A stretch of DNA of 64,000 nt from Rotaria socialis (lineage: Eukaryota), in contig CAJNYD010000550.1 of the NCBI GenBank assembly GCA_905331295.1, positions 50,606-114,605 of the forward strand, read 5' to 3'. The notes beneath the pieces are model-generated. The model worked only from the letters and a program-made list of their open reading frames with translations. It searched no databases and was not told the origin of the DNA. This document shows positions 1-16,721 of the stretch, piece by piece. The translations under genes were made by a program, and so were the position numbers. Within the stretch, counting starts at the first letter, position 1. Every line of letters begins with the position of its first letter.

Positions 1-1907
1 TAATGGAGGGGGGGGGGGTGTGGGATACAGGGGGGCCGCAACAACCTAACAATTCAACTTACACTCACAATTTTCTTCGAAAATATATGTGAGTTCCACA
101 AAATGTTATTGTTAGTTGAGCAGATTCCTCAGTTTCTGTCTTCATTATATATAAATTGATATGAAGGTGGTGATAAATTTCATGGTAAAATAACAGGCAT
201 CAGTCATCTTGCTACGATTAGTTCTTTTGACACAGCTACACTTAAGTAGAGCAAAAATATTGTGTATTTTCTTTTTCTTATATTGTCGACTAGAGAGAAT
301 ATTTACGTAGGAAGCGGAACTGGTGCTTATTTGAATTAGGGTAAGAATAGAAGAGTAAAAAAGGGGGAATATTTGACAGAAATATTTTATTGCATGGTAA
401 TCGAAATAGAAAATATAACAGTGATATGTGAAATGAAGTGACCATTGAGAAACAATAGAGATATTTGAGTAAAATCTAGATTTTATTATTTTAGCCAACC
501 GCAGTATAGTTGACGTTTTTTTCTTCCTAATGCCTTTCTTTGTTCTTGTTTTACGGTAAGTTTGTTGAGCTAAAAACAAACTGTCTCATTTTCCTGAGTA
601 GATTTTTCTATTTGTTGAAGTCAAGATTTTATTTGAATAATAATACTCCATATGTTTATCTCATGCTCTGTGAGTTAGAATTTATCTGGAGACAAATACT
701 AGAAATGAGAAGGCCGTTAGATTATAGGAAAAGAAGAGAAAGTTTAAAAAAACAAATATGACTATGATCATATCGTTATTTAAGCGTGCACCTATTAAGA
801 TAAAATGCAGAAAATAGCGCACGGGAAGCTTATTAAATATACATTGATTCACATTTGAGTTGTAATGGGGCAATGCAGCACACTCGAAATATATTTAAGG
901 GTCTCATTCTCCTGAGCTATATGAAAAACAGTGCAATTAATTATTGATGCGTATACCATAATATACAAAACAAAAAAGATTTTCAAAACATTGGTTTTTC
1001 CCTCCGTTAACTTTTTATATTCAAACACTACATTGTAGTGATCTTTTTCATGTTAAATACAATTGAGAAAAATAGCTGTAAATTACATAGTTTTGAATTG
1101 AAAATAAAATAAGAATATGATGTCATTAAGATAAAAACTTGTATTGCAACACAATTACTCTTTCTTTCTGCTGATTCTGCGTCATGAAATTTGAAAAAAT
1201 CCAAGTATTCACCAGAAGAGTATTCATTAGTGTTTTACACAAACGACACATTTCTATGTCTGTTTCCTGTTGTTGTGAAAAACTTTTGATTTACTCCAAT
1301 TCTCATGAAACGGTTCGAATTTTAATTAGCGTTATAAATGAACGATTGCAATTTTTATAGCTAGGATATGATTCCGTTTAAGATTTAACTTGGCTGATTG
1401 TTCTGATTGCCAGAAACAGCATACTAAACAATTCTCATCAATACATTGTTGCGCTACTTTTTTCTGTATCTCGTAAGAAGTATTTTTTTTGCTAGAAAGT
1501 GACGCTCGTGTTCTGATATGACAGATTATAGCGCAGTTTTCTTCTCGTACTCGAATGGTTTATATTATTTTGTATTTTTCTCAGAAGAAGATACCTATTT
1601 TTTTTTATCAATGTCTTTCCATGAAATACTGAACCGGATTAAATTTTTTGTCGTTTGGTTAAAGTGAAATTCTTCGTTTCTATACCTATTCTAAATTCAA
1701 AAAGTACACAATATAGAAAGTAAAGGAATCAGAGCAGTTAGTGCAGTTCTAAGAATTTATGAAACAAACTGCATATATGGTTTTAATTAGACGTAGGCGA
1801 TTTCTATGAATAGGGAACATTATTCCATTGGAACGCATTCATTTTAATTTCTGAGGCAAAATTCTATTGAAAAATGGTTTGTCTACGATCTGTTCTGTTT
1901 GTGTACA

Positions 1908-2597
1908 ATGAAGAAACAAAATCGCTTTCTGGGTGAGTAAAATTCCATAGTGTCTTGCTACAAAAAGGATTGTCTCTTATTTACTTCATAAATATATGAC
2001 TGCCCAGTATTTCTCGAAGAAAACGTCTATTGATAATAGAAAAACCTTAGGTAGTTTTTGACGGCTCAAGGCTTACTTTATTTACTTTTCGATAATTATA
2101 TATGAATAAATTTTCCGTTTTTTTCCTCTCTGAAATACTTGTAATGCTCCTATTGTTTAGATAACACATCCCGTCCATTAACAATAATCGGTGCTGAAGT
2201 ATCAGTTCGTAAAATGGAAAAATATCCATCTCGAAAAGGTTTTGCTAATAAATTTGGCAAATCATTATCGAGTTTAAAATCGAGTATGTCAAAAGCATTA
2301 CAATCTAATACATCGTCGAATAAAAATGAAGTTCAAACGATTGATTCATCACCATTACCATCTAATCAACAAATTCCGAGAAAATCATTCGATTCTCAAT
2401 CTTCAAAACAATTACAAAACGATGTCGACATATTAAAAGAATTGTTAAATAAAAAGGAATCTTTACTTATGGAATTAACGAAAAAATATCATGAAGAATG
2501 TTTAAAATTCGATGAAGAAAAATTTCAATTAAACCAAATAATTCAGCAATACAAAAATGAAAATATTCAATTAAAAAAGCAATTAAATACGCAATAA
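1908..2597 (+). CDS. Small coiled-coil protein of unknown function (~153 aa, 2 exons: 1908-1932, 2161-2597)
   Basis: ATG at 1908 followed by a strong donor (G|GTGAGT, 1933) is phase-compatible with acceptor TTTAG at 2160. This extends ORF 2214-2597 to MKKQNRFLDNTSRPLTIIGAEVSVRKMEKY... The C-terminal half has a heptad-like L/E/K/Q pattern. No family recognised. Confidence 0.6.
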
Positions 2598-2794
2598 AAC
2601 TAATAAGAGAACAGTATTTTCGTTTCATTTTTTTGTGATATTTTATATCTTATTCTTCCAACATTCTTTTTTTGTATATTTAATTTGACAAAATTTTAAT
2701 TACTCTATGCATACGTATATATTTTTTTTTCTTTTCCATTTTCGTGCAATTTTTGTGCGCTTTATTTATTTATTTTTTCTTTAGATAAAATAAA

Positions 2795-4420
2795 ATGTCA
2801 ACCGATGAGTTTTATTCAGACAGAAATGATAGTCAATCCGATGAAACCTATGCAACACCAATTAGTCCTTTATCACCACAAGAAAAATCTCCACCACCTC
2901 CACCTTCACAACAACAGCAGCAGCAACAACAACTACTACCATCACTCTTACTAACATCAATAACAAGTTTGAATGAAGAAAAAGAAGACTTAAATTCTAT
3001 TAATGAAATGCAAACATTAATGCAATCGTCAAATGATTTAACATTTCCGTTAGAAGATTCTTGGACATTTTGGTATTTTAAAAATGATCGCATGTGTGAT
3101 TGGAAAGATAATTTAATTCAAATTACAACAATATCAACAGTCGAAGCTTTTTGGTCCGTTTACAACCATTTACAGTCAGCTAGTCGACTTGGTCAAGGTT
3201 GTGATTATTTTCTATTCAAAACACATATTGTTAGTATAGTTGATTCTTAGTTAAAATTGTTGACATTGATTCTATTCTTCTTCTTATTTTAGCAACCAAT
3301 GTGGGAAGATCGATACAATCGTTCCGGTGGTCGATGGTGTTTAAATTTAAATAAGAGTCAACGAACAAATGAACTTGATACATATTGGCTGCATACAGTT
3401 TGGTGTTTCTTATTTCATCTAGATTTTTGTTTTGTTTACATTATTCTTTTCATTAGTTATTATCACTAATCGGTGATCAATATGGTGAAGATGCACATAA
3501 TGTTAATGGTTGTGTAGTGTCAGTTCGCAGTAAAGGTGATCGGATAAGCTTGTGGACACGAGATTGGAGAAGTGTTGACGTCACAAAGCGCATCGGGTAA
3601 ACAGAATTCACTTGATTTGACTTTAGAAACTGGAATCAAGCTCTTTTTTTTCTCATTTCTATAGAAGTCGTTTTCGTGAAGTTGCTGATATTCCTCGTTC
3701 AATGCAATTAATATTTGAAGTGAGTATTATTATTCATAAGATTCTCGAGTGCCACCGCTCAATCGTATGTATATATAAATATATATATATTGTACATGAG
3801 AGATTGCATCAAGAAACAGAGATTCTTTTGAATAGAAAATATTCTGTGTTAATTCTTACAAAAGAATTTATGAAGAAAAATAAATAATTTTATCTATTCA
3901 ACTAACTGCTGTAGATTTGTAGAACTTTCTTATCATGTCCTTAACAACTTCTTGAATTCTTATATCTCTCTTACAGTGAAAATGGAAAGTAAAATGTGAA
4001 GAAAGATACCCTGAGAATGTTTGATGAATATAGAGTATACAAGAATGTGTCGAATAAAGTACGTAAATAAAATCATCGAGTAACGATAGATAGATTTTAT
4101 CACGTGAATATTTCTCTACAAGCCACTCCCCCGGATTCACATAGTTTGATAGAAGATACACGTTCACAGATCATGTTTATCGCATTCTATGCATGATTGG
4201 TTGAAAGTCATCAATTAATTGATAAGCATGTCACGGTTAGATACATTTACAGTTAAATGAAGAGATCAAGCATGAAACAAACAAATCTAGACAAAAACAA
4301 TTTATGAATCACATTTATCTATGTGTTAAAAATCAGTAAACACATAATTTTCACTTTTAGAGTCATGAAGATCAAGAGTCAAAACGTGGTGCATCGTCGA
4401 AAATTCTTTTTCGCGCTTGA
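2795..4420 (+). CDS. eIF4E: Eukaryotic translation initiation factor 4E (class I-like) with long low-complexity N-terminus; 5 exons (2795-3229, 3293-3397, 3457-3596, 3665-3719, 4361-4420)
   Basis: Spliced translation gives FPLEDSWTFWYFKND..W..NL..I.T..TVEAFWSVYNH, GCDYFLFK.HIQPMWED, GGRW, VNGCVVSVRSKGDRISLW and C-terminal SHEDQ. All introns are GT-AG and phase-consistent. Confidence 0.96.
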
Positions 4421-4784
4421 ATGAATGAACCAAATGAAATTGTTTCTTGTAAAAAATTTATTCGCTTTTTGACTTAACTGTACAAAAGAAAAATTTTATT
4501 GATCTGTTCTTTACATTTCATCGAATGGAATCTTATTTGTTGTATGTGAGATTGTAGTCATGTATGTGTCGTATATTTTTTCTTATTCTTATTCGGCTAT
4601 TTTTTGTTGTTGTATTTTATTTATAAATGTATATAGGTATTTGTTTAATTAGGCAAAAGAATCTTTTCTGTTGTTTTGTTTTTGTTTGTGAATGGATTGT
4701 TGTGGTTAAAATCTAATAATAAAATGAATATTTAAAATGTGAATGAAATCATGTGATTCGATCTACGTATATAAATAAGTTGCA

Positions 4785-4996
4785 CACTGTAAAAAAACAT
4801 GAGTAGAATAATAAACCCTTTTGTTCGTACGTGAAAACTTACGTACACGCTTGAAAAGCAAATAGGTCATTTTTTAAAAACCTTCCATGGTTTATGAAAT
4901 ATTTTCGCATATACATAAAAAAAAGAGATTTATTTTGCGTTTCACTTTCAGAAATCCTTCCAGGGTTTATTATTTTACTCTTATTTTTTTATAGTG
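4785..4996. mobile_element. CACTA/CMC-type MITE (212 bp)
   Basis: 34-bp terminal inverted repeats matching 30/34 (CACTGTAAAAAAACATGAGTAGAATAATAAACCC vs revcomp CACTATAAAAAAATAAGAGTAAAATAATAAACCC), flanked on both sides by CA (2-bp TSD). Confidence 0.85.
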
Positions 4997-5244
4997 CACT
5001 GTAGATAAAAAAAAAATGCACTGATATCATTTATTTCGTTCTGTATTTATTTTTTTTTGCTAGAACATTTGAGCGGCCTTTTTACATTCCTTCACCTTGC
5101 TAATGATTAAAAAAAAAACATTGATAAAATATTTTTCGTTCTTTTTCAGATACACATGTACACGAGTAGTGATTCGCATTACATATTTATGTGTTAGTAA
5201 GTATCTATAAGGTGGTCCTACTTCTTTTTGTTCTTCTATCAAAA

Positions 5245-8200
5245 ATGCCAAGCGAAAATACCACGGAACAGCAACTTTTATCAAAGGATCCACCAGATAT
5301 TGAGGTAGATAGCGTTTATACGATTGACTATTATATATAAATACATCTTTAAAAATGAATACAGAGTCTACTTTTGTTAAATCCAAGAACGAAACCATTT
5401 GCTAACTCAAGGCCATCAGTGCAAACACTTCAAGAAAAAAAACATTGGAAACGTAATGATGAACATTCATGTGCAACTGTAAGCATCTAAAGATATTTTC
5501 TCTATAGTATAGTTCTTTTGTACATATATATATATATATATAATACATTTAGGGTTGTACTAAAGATTTGAGTAGAAATTTTCTTGATGTTAAACATACA
5601 ACATTAAGCGAACGAGGGGCTTTACGTGAAGCAGCTAGGTAAATAAATCAACAAAGAAAACTTTTTGAAAGAGAACTACGTTTTTTTTTACTTTTCTTTT
5701 CTTTATTCAGGTGTCTTAAATGCGGTAAGAGAATACTAGTTATACAGAGCGTATGATTGAGCTTTTTCGTTCTATTAAACTTTAGCTGATGCTCCATGTC
5801 AAAAATCATGTCCCACTTCGATTGATATAAAATCGTTCATAACATCAATTTCAAATAAAAACTATTATGGAGCTGCTAAAGCAATTCTATCCGACAATCC
5901 CTTAGGTCTCACATGTGGTATGTTTATTGTTGCATCAAATTCTTCTTTTTTTCTCATATTAGTTTTTAATTGTAAGGTATGGTTTGTCCAACAAGTGACC
6001 TTTGCGTTGGTGGATGTAATCTACATGCAAGTGAAGAAGGTGCAATTAATATTGGAGGTTTACAACAATTTGCTGTCGATGTAAAAACAAAATGACGAAC
6101 ATTTTATTTCTATTGAATTTAATATTGATATTTTTTTTTTCATGAATCTAGATATTCAAATCTATGCATATTCCAGCAATTCGTGATCCAAGTTCAGAAG
6201 GAGTTCCTTTAAATGAGAAATATTCAAGTAAAATAGCTTTGATTGGTTGTGGTCCAGCATCTATATCGTGTGCAACATTTCTTGGTCGACTTGGTTATAG
6301 CGATTTGACAATTTTCGAAAAGCAAGACTTTTTAGGTGGTCTTAGTTCATCGGAAATTCCTCAATATCGTTTACCATTTGACACTGTTAATTTTGAAATC
6401 GAACTCATGAAAGATTTAGGTGTAAAAATTATACCTAATAAGCCATTAACAACTGAAAATGATGGCTTAACAATAAAAAATTTACTCAATGAACATGGAT
6501 TTAAAGCAGTTTTTCTTGGTATCGGTCTTCCGAATCCAAATATTGATCCAATATTTAAAGATCTAACTAAAGCCGAAGGCTTTTATACGTCGAAAAACTT
6601 TTTACCTCTTATTGCAAAATCTAGCAAAGCTGGTAATCAGTAAAATTGAATTTGAATTCTTGTCAGAAAACGTTTTTTTAAATTATTATTTGCACTAGGC
6701 ATGTGCGCATGTAAATCTGCATTACCTGTAATGAGTGGTAATGTCATTGTACTTGGTGCCGGTGATACAGCCATGGATTGTGCAACATCAGCTATACGCT
6801 GTGGCGCAACTAAGGTTTTTGTTTGTTTTCGAAAAGGATTTAATCAAATGCGTGCTGTACCAGAAGAAGTAAAATAAAAGTTGTTTAGTTTTTCTTGAAT
6901 AAAATTTAAAATTAGGTTGATGTTGCAATGGAAGAACGATGTGAATTTCTACCATTTTGTTCACCAAAACAAGTCTTCGTTAAAAATGGTAAAATAACAT
7001 CCATGGAATTTGTTAAAACTGAACAAACCGAATCAGGTATTTGTTATAAAGTTTACGCTTTTGTTTGTCAAAATTATTGTTTCTATTTTAGGTGATTGGA
7101 TTGAAGATGAAGATCAAATCATTCGTTTGAAATGTAATTATGTTATCTCAGCTTTTGGATCAACATTAAATGAACATCCAGGTTTTGATTTTTCAATATC
7201 TATAATTAACTTAATTCTTTTTGCGTCTGTTTTAATATGCAGTGGTTCAAGCACTTGCACCTATACAACTAGATAAATATAATTATCCTGTTGTGGATTT
7301 AACAACAATGACAACGAGTGAAAAGGGAGTATTTTGTGGTGGTGACATAGCTAAAGTAGCTAGTACAACAGTTGAATGTGTTAATGATGGAAAAACAGCT
7401 GCTTGGCATATCCATAGATATATTCAAGTACGATATACAAAAGCAAACATGTTTTTTTTTCAACATGTATATTTCAATAAATTGTTCGATGACCTAAATC
7501 GAAATAATTTATTCTTGAACTTAGAAAGGATATTTTTTGATGATTGATTTCTTTTTGAATAGGGCGTGGAAACTATTCCTCTTGAGCCACAATTACCAAA
7601 ATTTTACACACCCATTGATAAAGTTGATGTTAGTGTTGAAATTTGTGGTATCAAATTTCCAAATCCATTCGGACTTGGTAAGATCTATTTTCCATTAATA
7701 ATATTGATAAATAATTTCATATAATCTTCAGCTAGTGCACCACCTGTAACATCAGGCCCAATGATTCGGCGAAGTTTTGAAAGTGGTTGGGGTTTCGTCG
7801 TCACAAAAACATATTGTCTCGATAAAGATATTATTACAAATGTGAGTCCACGTATTGTTCGTGGTACAACATCAGGCTTCAATTATGGACCAGGACAAGG
7901 TTCATTTTTAAATATTGAGCTTATATCGGAGAAAAATACTGAATATTGGCTTCGTTGTATAACAGAATTAAAAAGAGATTTTCCTGATCGAGTAAGCTTC
8001 CTTTCTTTTTTATTCTGATAAGTTTAAAAAATAAAGAATTATCGAATACATCAATAGATTGTTATTGCATCGATTATGTGTGGTTATAATGAAGCAGATT
8101 GGACAGAGTTAGCAAAAGTAACTGAATCATCAGGTGCTGACGCATTAGAGGTTTGTCTCAAAAGGCTTTTTGTTGTTGTTTCGGTGATGTGCTTATATAT

Positions 8201-9720
8201 ATATATGTTTATTCTTTTAGCTCAATCTTTCATGTCCACATGGAATGGGTACGTAGAGAATATTTTGTAAGAGAATCCAGTTTCATTCTTGTCTTCATAG
8301 GTGAAAAAGGTATGGGCTTAGCCTGTGGCCAACGAGCTGATCTTGTTTTAAATATTTGTAAATGGGTTCGAGCTGCTGTGAAAATTCCATTCTTTGCTAA
8401 GATGACTCCAAATATAACTAACATTATTGATATTGCTCGAGCAGCTAAAGAAGGCAAGAAAATGAACACTCTCAAATATAGTTTATAAAAATTAGTTCTA
8501 AATAGGTGGAGCTGATGGTGTTACAGCAACTAATACCGTCAGTGGTCTTATGGGCATAAGACATGATGGAACAGCATGGCCAAATGTCGGGAAAAGTAAA
8601 AAGACAACTTACGGTGGTGTCTCAGGCAATGCTATTCGACCAATCGCTTTAAAAGCTGTTTCTGCCATTGCGTTAGTTCAACAGCTTTCTAATATTATTA
8701 ATTTTCTTCAATTTCTATAGACGAGCTCTCCCTGGATTTCCAATTCTTGCCACTGGTAAATAGACAGAAAACAAAGAAAGTTCTTTTCTTCCTAAATTTA
8801 AAATCAAATATATTTCTAGGTGGTATTGATTCAGCTGATTCTGGTATGCAATTTCTATATGCTGGTGCGTCTGCTCTTCAGGTATAAATAAATATCTGGT
8901 ATTCACTACAATCAAAATTTCTTTTTCAATAGGTTTGCAGTGCAGTACAAAACCAAGATTTTACTTTAATTGATGATTATGTAACCGGTTTACAAGCATT
9001 ACTTTATTTGAAATCACTTGGTTTAGAAGGATGGGATGGTCAATCACCTCCAACACCAAAGCATCAAAAGGGTAAAACAATCCTTGTTAAAGATCTTATT
9101 GGTGCAGTAAGTACATACATATATTGTTTTTATACAAATGTATTTCATTTTGTTTTTACTTTGGTTCCCATAGAAATTACCAGTATTTGGTGAATATCGA
9201 AAACAACGTAATGAAATAACTCAAAAATATTTTAAGGAAGCTGATATATTGGATGAACAATTTAAACCTGAGCCAGTTCGCCCAGCACGAAGACCTCAAG
9301 CCCCGATACCACGTGTAGCTGATGTTCGTGGTGTTGCACTTGATAGAATCACCGAATATAAACATTTAGATCCACGTGAACCAGCTGTTGCTATTATTGA
9401 TGATGTAAGAAAACAATCATACTGATTGTTTCGAAGTGACAATAATTATTTTTCTCTTTTGTTTGCAGGATCTATGTGTTAATTGTGGAAAATGCTACAT
9501 GACTTGTAACGATTCAGGCTATCAAGCAATTACATTTGATCCTGTCACACATATTCCGTATATAACTGAAGATTGTACTGGATGCACACTGTGCGTATCT
9601 GTATGTCCAATAATTGATTGTATTACAATGGTGCCACGAACGACACAGTATTCCATAAAACGAGGCTTAACCAAACAGATTATGGATGAAAATGCATCAG
9701 CATTGGGCATAGTACAATAA
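5245..9720 (+). CDS. DPYD: Dihydropyrimidine dehydrogenase [NADP+], about 22 exons
   Basis: [69 protein letters not shown], catalytic [20 protein letters not shown] and C-terminal 4Fe-4S motifs [11 protein letters not shown] and [12 protein letters not shown]. Confidence 0.98.
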
Positions 9721-11873
9721 TTGAATTGGAAAACTTCAAAGACAGAATGAAAAAAACGAAAATTTTATCCTCATGATTTTCTAGGTAGTCGATTAAGTTA
9801 AGTTTTTCTTGGGTTTGTGCTTCCAATATTAATAAAAGTTTCATCAATTGGGAAATCAAAAGTTTATATTAAGCATTTAGTCTCGGATTTATGGCAAAGT
9901 TGTAAAAAGATAGAATGTGATAACGTAGTTCAAATATCAAATAAAACTTAAACTGCTTGGTAGAGTTTCATTCATATTTGTTCAAAAACAATGACAAGTT
10001 TTCAACTAATCTATAAAAACATGGAAATGAATTTTATATGAATGATATTATACATAATAATCTATTTTTCAATCTATAATGTGATGTCGTAGAATGTTTG
10101 CATTGTGTTCGTTTTTCGTTTGTCTTCTGCATTATGCAATAAAAATGAACATAGAAATAAAGTTCGAATAGTTTACAACTGAAATATCCTAAAGAGATAA
10201 GCATTTCCAAAGAGCAATTTATATTGACATTAAAGACAATAGAGAAATTCTTCAATTTATTTACACCGAATTTGCATTTAGGTTTAACTTGATGGGCTGC
10301 AAAAATTAGTGCTTGTAAATAACGCTGAGTACGTATAGATCTAAAACAATGTAGCCACATCATAATTCTGTCTAAACATAACACGCTAAGAACTAGTCTT
10401 TCAGACTTAGAATTATTAAACGTATGTTTGTGTAATCCAAATATATTTTCAAAGAGAATAATGATTGACAACTTTAAGTGCGCATTTTCCACTTTATCCT
10501 CTCTTCGCGACAGATCCTATTAGCCGAAGATAACTGGCATTGAAAATCTTTTTTTAGAATTTATAAACAACAGGAAATGAGACGCTGTACTGAATGAACC
10601 TCATGTTTTGAATCGTTCTAGAATAGTCTAAAATTTTTGTTGAAAATAAAATGCTTGAAATATGCTTATGAGTATTATTAAAAATTTACCTTCAAAATGT
10701 AAAAAATAATGCTTATTTGTCGGTTAGATTCATGATTTGAAAATAATTTATGTTGTATTAAAGAGAAAGAAATATGGCGAAGAAAAAACTTTGATTGAAC
10801 AGTAGCAAGGAGTTTGCTGAAGATTTATCAGTCGATGTATTTTATATTAGTATAACCAGTCTTAGAAAAATATTTGTGAGTTTTAAAATTCAGCTCTAAA
10901 GAAGCTACTCTGACACATTTCTTTTTCATCGTACGCTAGAAAACGTAGGAGAAACTGTGTTTTTTCACGTAGCATCTTGTCTTTTTTTTATGTTTATGCC
11001 TGATCAGTAGTCTTGTCAAATGGAGAAAATATACGAGTTGTATTTCCTTTTTTAAAATATATTCTTTAAAATATTTCGCGCCATTGTAGATGTCTACTGT
11101 CGAAGAAGTAATCGTAATAAACGTATATTAAATCTAAGACTACAACAAGAAAAACACTCTTTTGTTTTAGAATGCTACTAGAAGCACTGTTGCTAATATT
11201 TTTATGAGAAAATCCATATTTCAGATTCATTGCAGCTCCTTATCGTGTAAATTCAACAAATGTATATATTTTAATGCCTAAAAACAATGTGCTTCGAGAA
11301 CAATAGCGAACTATTATATAAATCTTTCAACCTTCATCGTCAGAAACGTTCTTCACGTAAGAATCTTATATACTATTGTTCCCTGATGCCATATTATTAT
11401 AATTAGAATTCAATAGATGTCAGATAAAATCATTGTGTGCATTCTAAGATTGGGTTTGGGGTTAATGATTCTTGGGCATACGACATAAATCTTTTAAATT
11501 CGATCAATTAAAACTCGTAAACGGTTGATTTTCGTTTTAGATTTCTACTCTATTAATTATGATATGATGAATAAAGGAAACAAAAGATTTGTGAATGGAA
11601 GTCTCTAACCAATGAAATTATTCCTTTAATGCCCAACATCACAACAGAACAACACAATAAAATAAACTCGTGCAAATATGCATTCATGCTTGTTAATTTG
11701 ATTATTTATTTTTTATCGTTTCGATTAAACTTTATTTTTCTAACGTAGCCTGTTTCTTATAATAAATCTCTGGTTCATCGAAATTCTCTTTTATGACTAT
11801 TTACACAGATTTCAATGCCATTGTTATTATTATTCTAGATCATTATTCAAATAAAGCCAATATTTTCTTGGAA

Positions 11874-12457
11874 ATGGCTTCTAATGAGCAAGCAGATGAA
11901 ACTCAAAGAGTAAGATTGTTTTCACTATAAGCAAGAGACTTTCATTACAATGGATATCTAAAAGCTAAAATTGAAAACATACGAAGGTCAACTAGACATA
12001 TAGTGACCTCTTTTCATTAGATGCTAGGTCAATTTCAAATGAAAATGATTGACATTCAAACATCACTGAGAAAATCAACAACTCAAGTAGAAGGACTTAA
12101 ACGTGATATTCATCGGTCAAAGTTAACAGATAAAGAAATAAATACAATTGATGAAAATACACCAATGTTTATTTCAGTCGGACGAATGTAAGCTGTACTT
12201 CGATCTTAAATGAAAATCACAAGAATCTCTTTTTTTAGGTTTGTTTTAAATAAGAAATCTGATGTTTGTGAACAAATCGAAAATAAAATAAAACTATGCG
12301 AAAATGATATAAAAAAGCAAGAAGTATGAGATAAAAACGTATCAAACAGAAAATAATAACACGTGACTTGATTTAATTCTTCTAGGGAACAAAATCGTAT
12401 TTAGAAAAACAATTACGTGAATGTGAATTGCAATTTAAAGAAAAGTTTTCTGTATGA
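11874..12457 (+). CDS. PFDN1: Prefoldin subunit 1; 4 exons (11874-11909, 12021-12187, 12239-12323, 12386-12457); absent from the ORF track
   Basis: Spliced translation ...QMKMIDIQTSL...SKLTDKEINTIDENTPMFISVGRMFVL...KSYLEKQLRECE matches the PFDN1 pattern (LT..EI....T.MY..VGRMF.L and KSYLE). Confidence 0.9.
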
Positions 12458-12566
12458 GGAGGAAAAACATCACGTTCTTAATAAATTGTTATACTTTCTT
12501 TTCTTTTTTGTTTGTACGTGTCCTTCTCTTAATTTTAGTTACTATTTTCTAGATAGATAATTATCT

Positions 12567-16423
<3,857 letters not shown>

Positions 16424-16721
16424 ACTTTCCATTCATGGCAATAATCAAACGTTAATTTTCTAGAAAGAAATAATAGCCTCAACGTTTGAACGATTAAAAT
16501 AATCAAAAGAATTTTGTTCTTTGTTTTTGATGCAATAACAACTAAATAAATTTATTTTAGATTAATAAATATAAAACATTTCAACATGTAATAATCAAAA
16601 TTGAAATAAGAAAACGAAAACAAAACATTACACTAGTTTTTTTTTATTCTTCCATAAAGTAATGAATTTTTTAGTATTGCAAAGCAGTTTTTATGTGTGC
16701 TTTATTTTTAGCTTTGATAAA

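Noticed and set aside
5..36. G-run cluster, potential G-quadruplex
   Set aside because: At the window edge without context; homopolymer lengths are unreliable.
145..873. ORFs at window start
   Set aside because: AT-rich codon composition, no motifs and no consistent splice structure.
12452..12566. PFDN1-ADK fusion protein through donor TCT|GTATGA and acceptor 12552
   Set aside because: The join is out of frame with ADK and reaches a stop within ADK exon 2.
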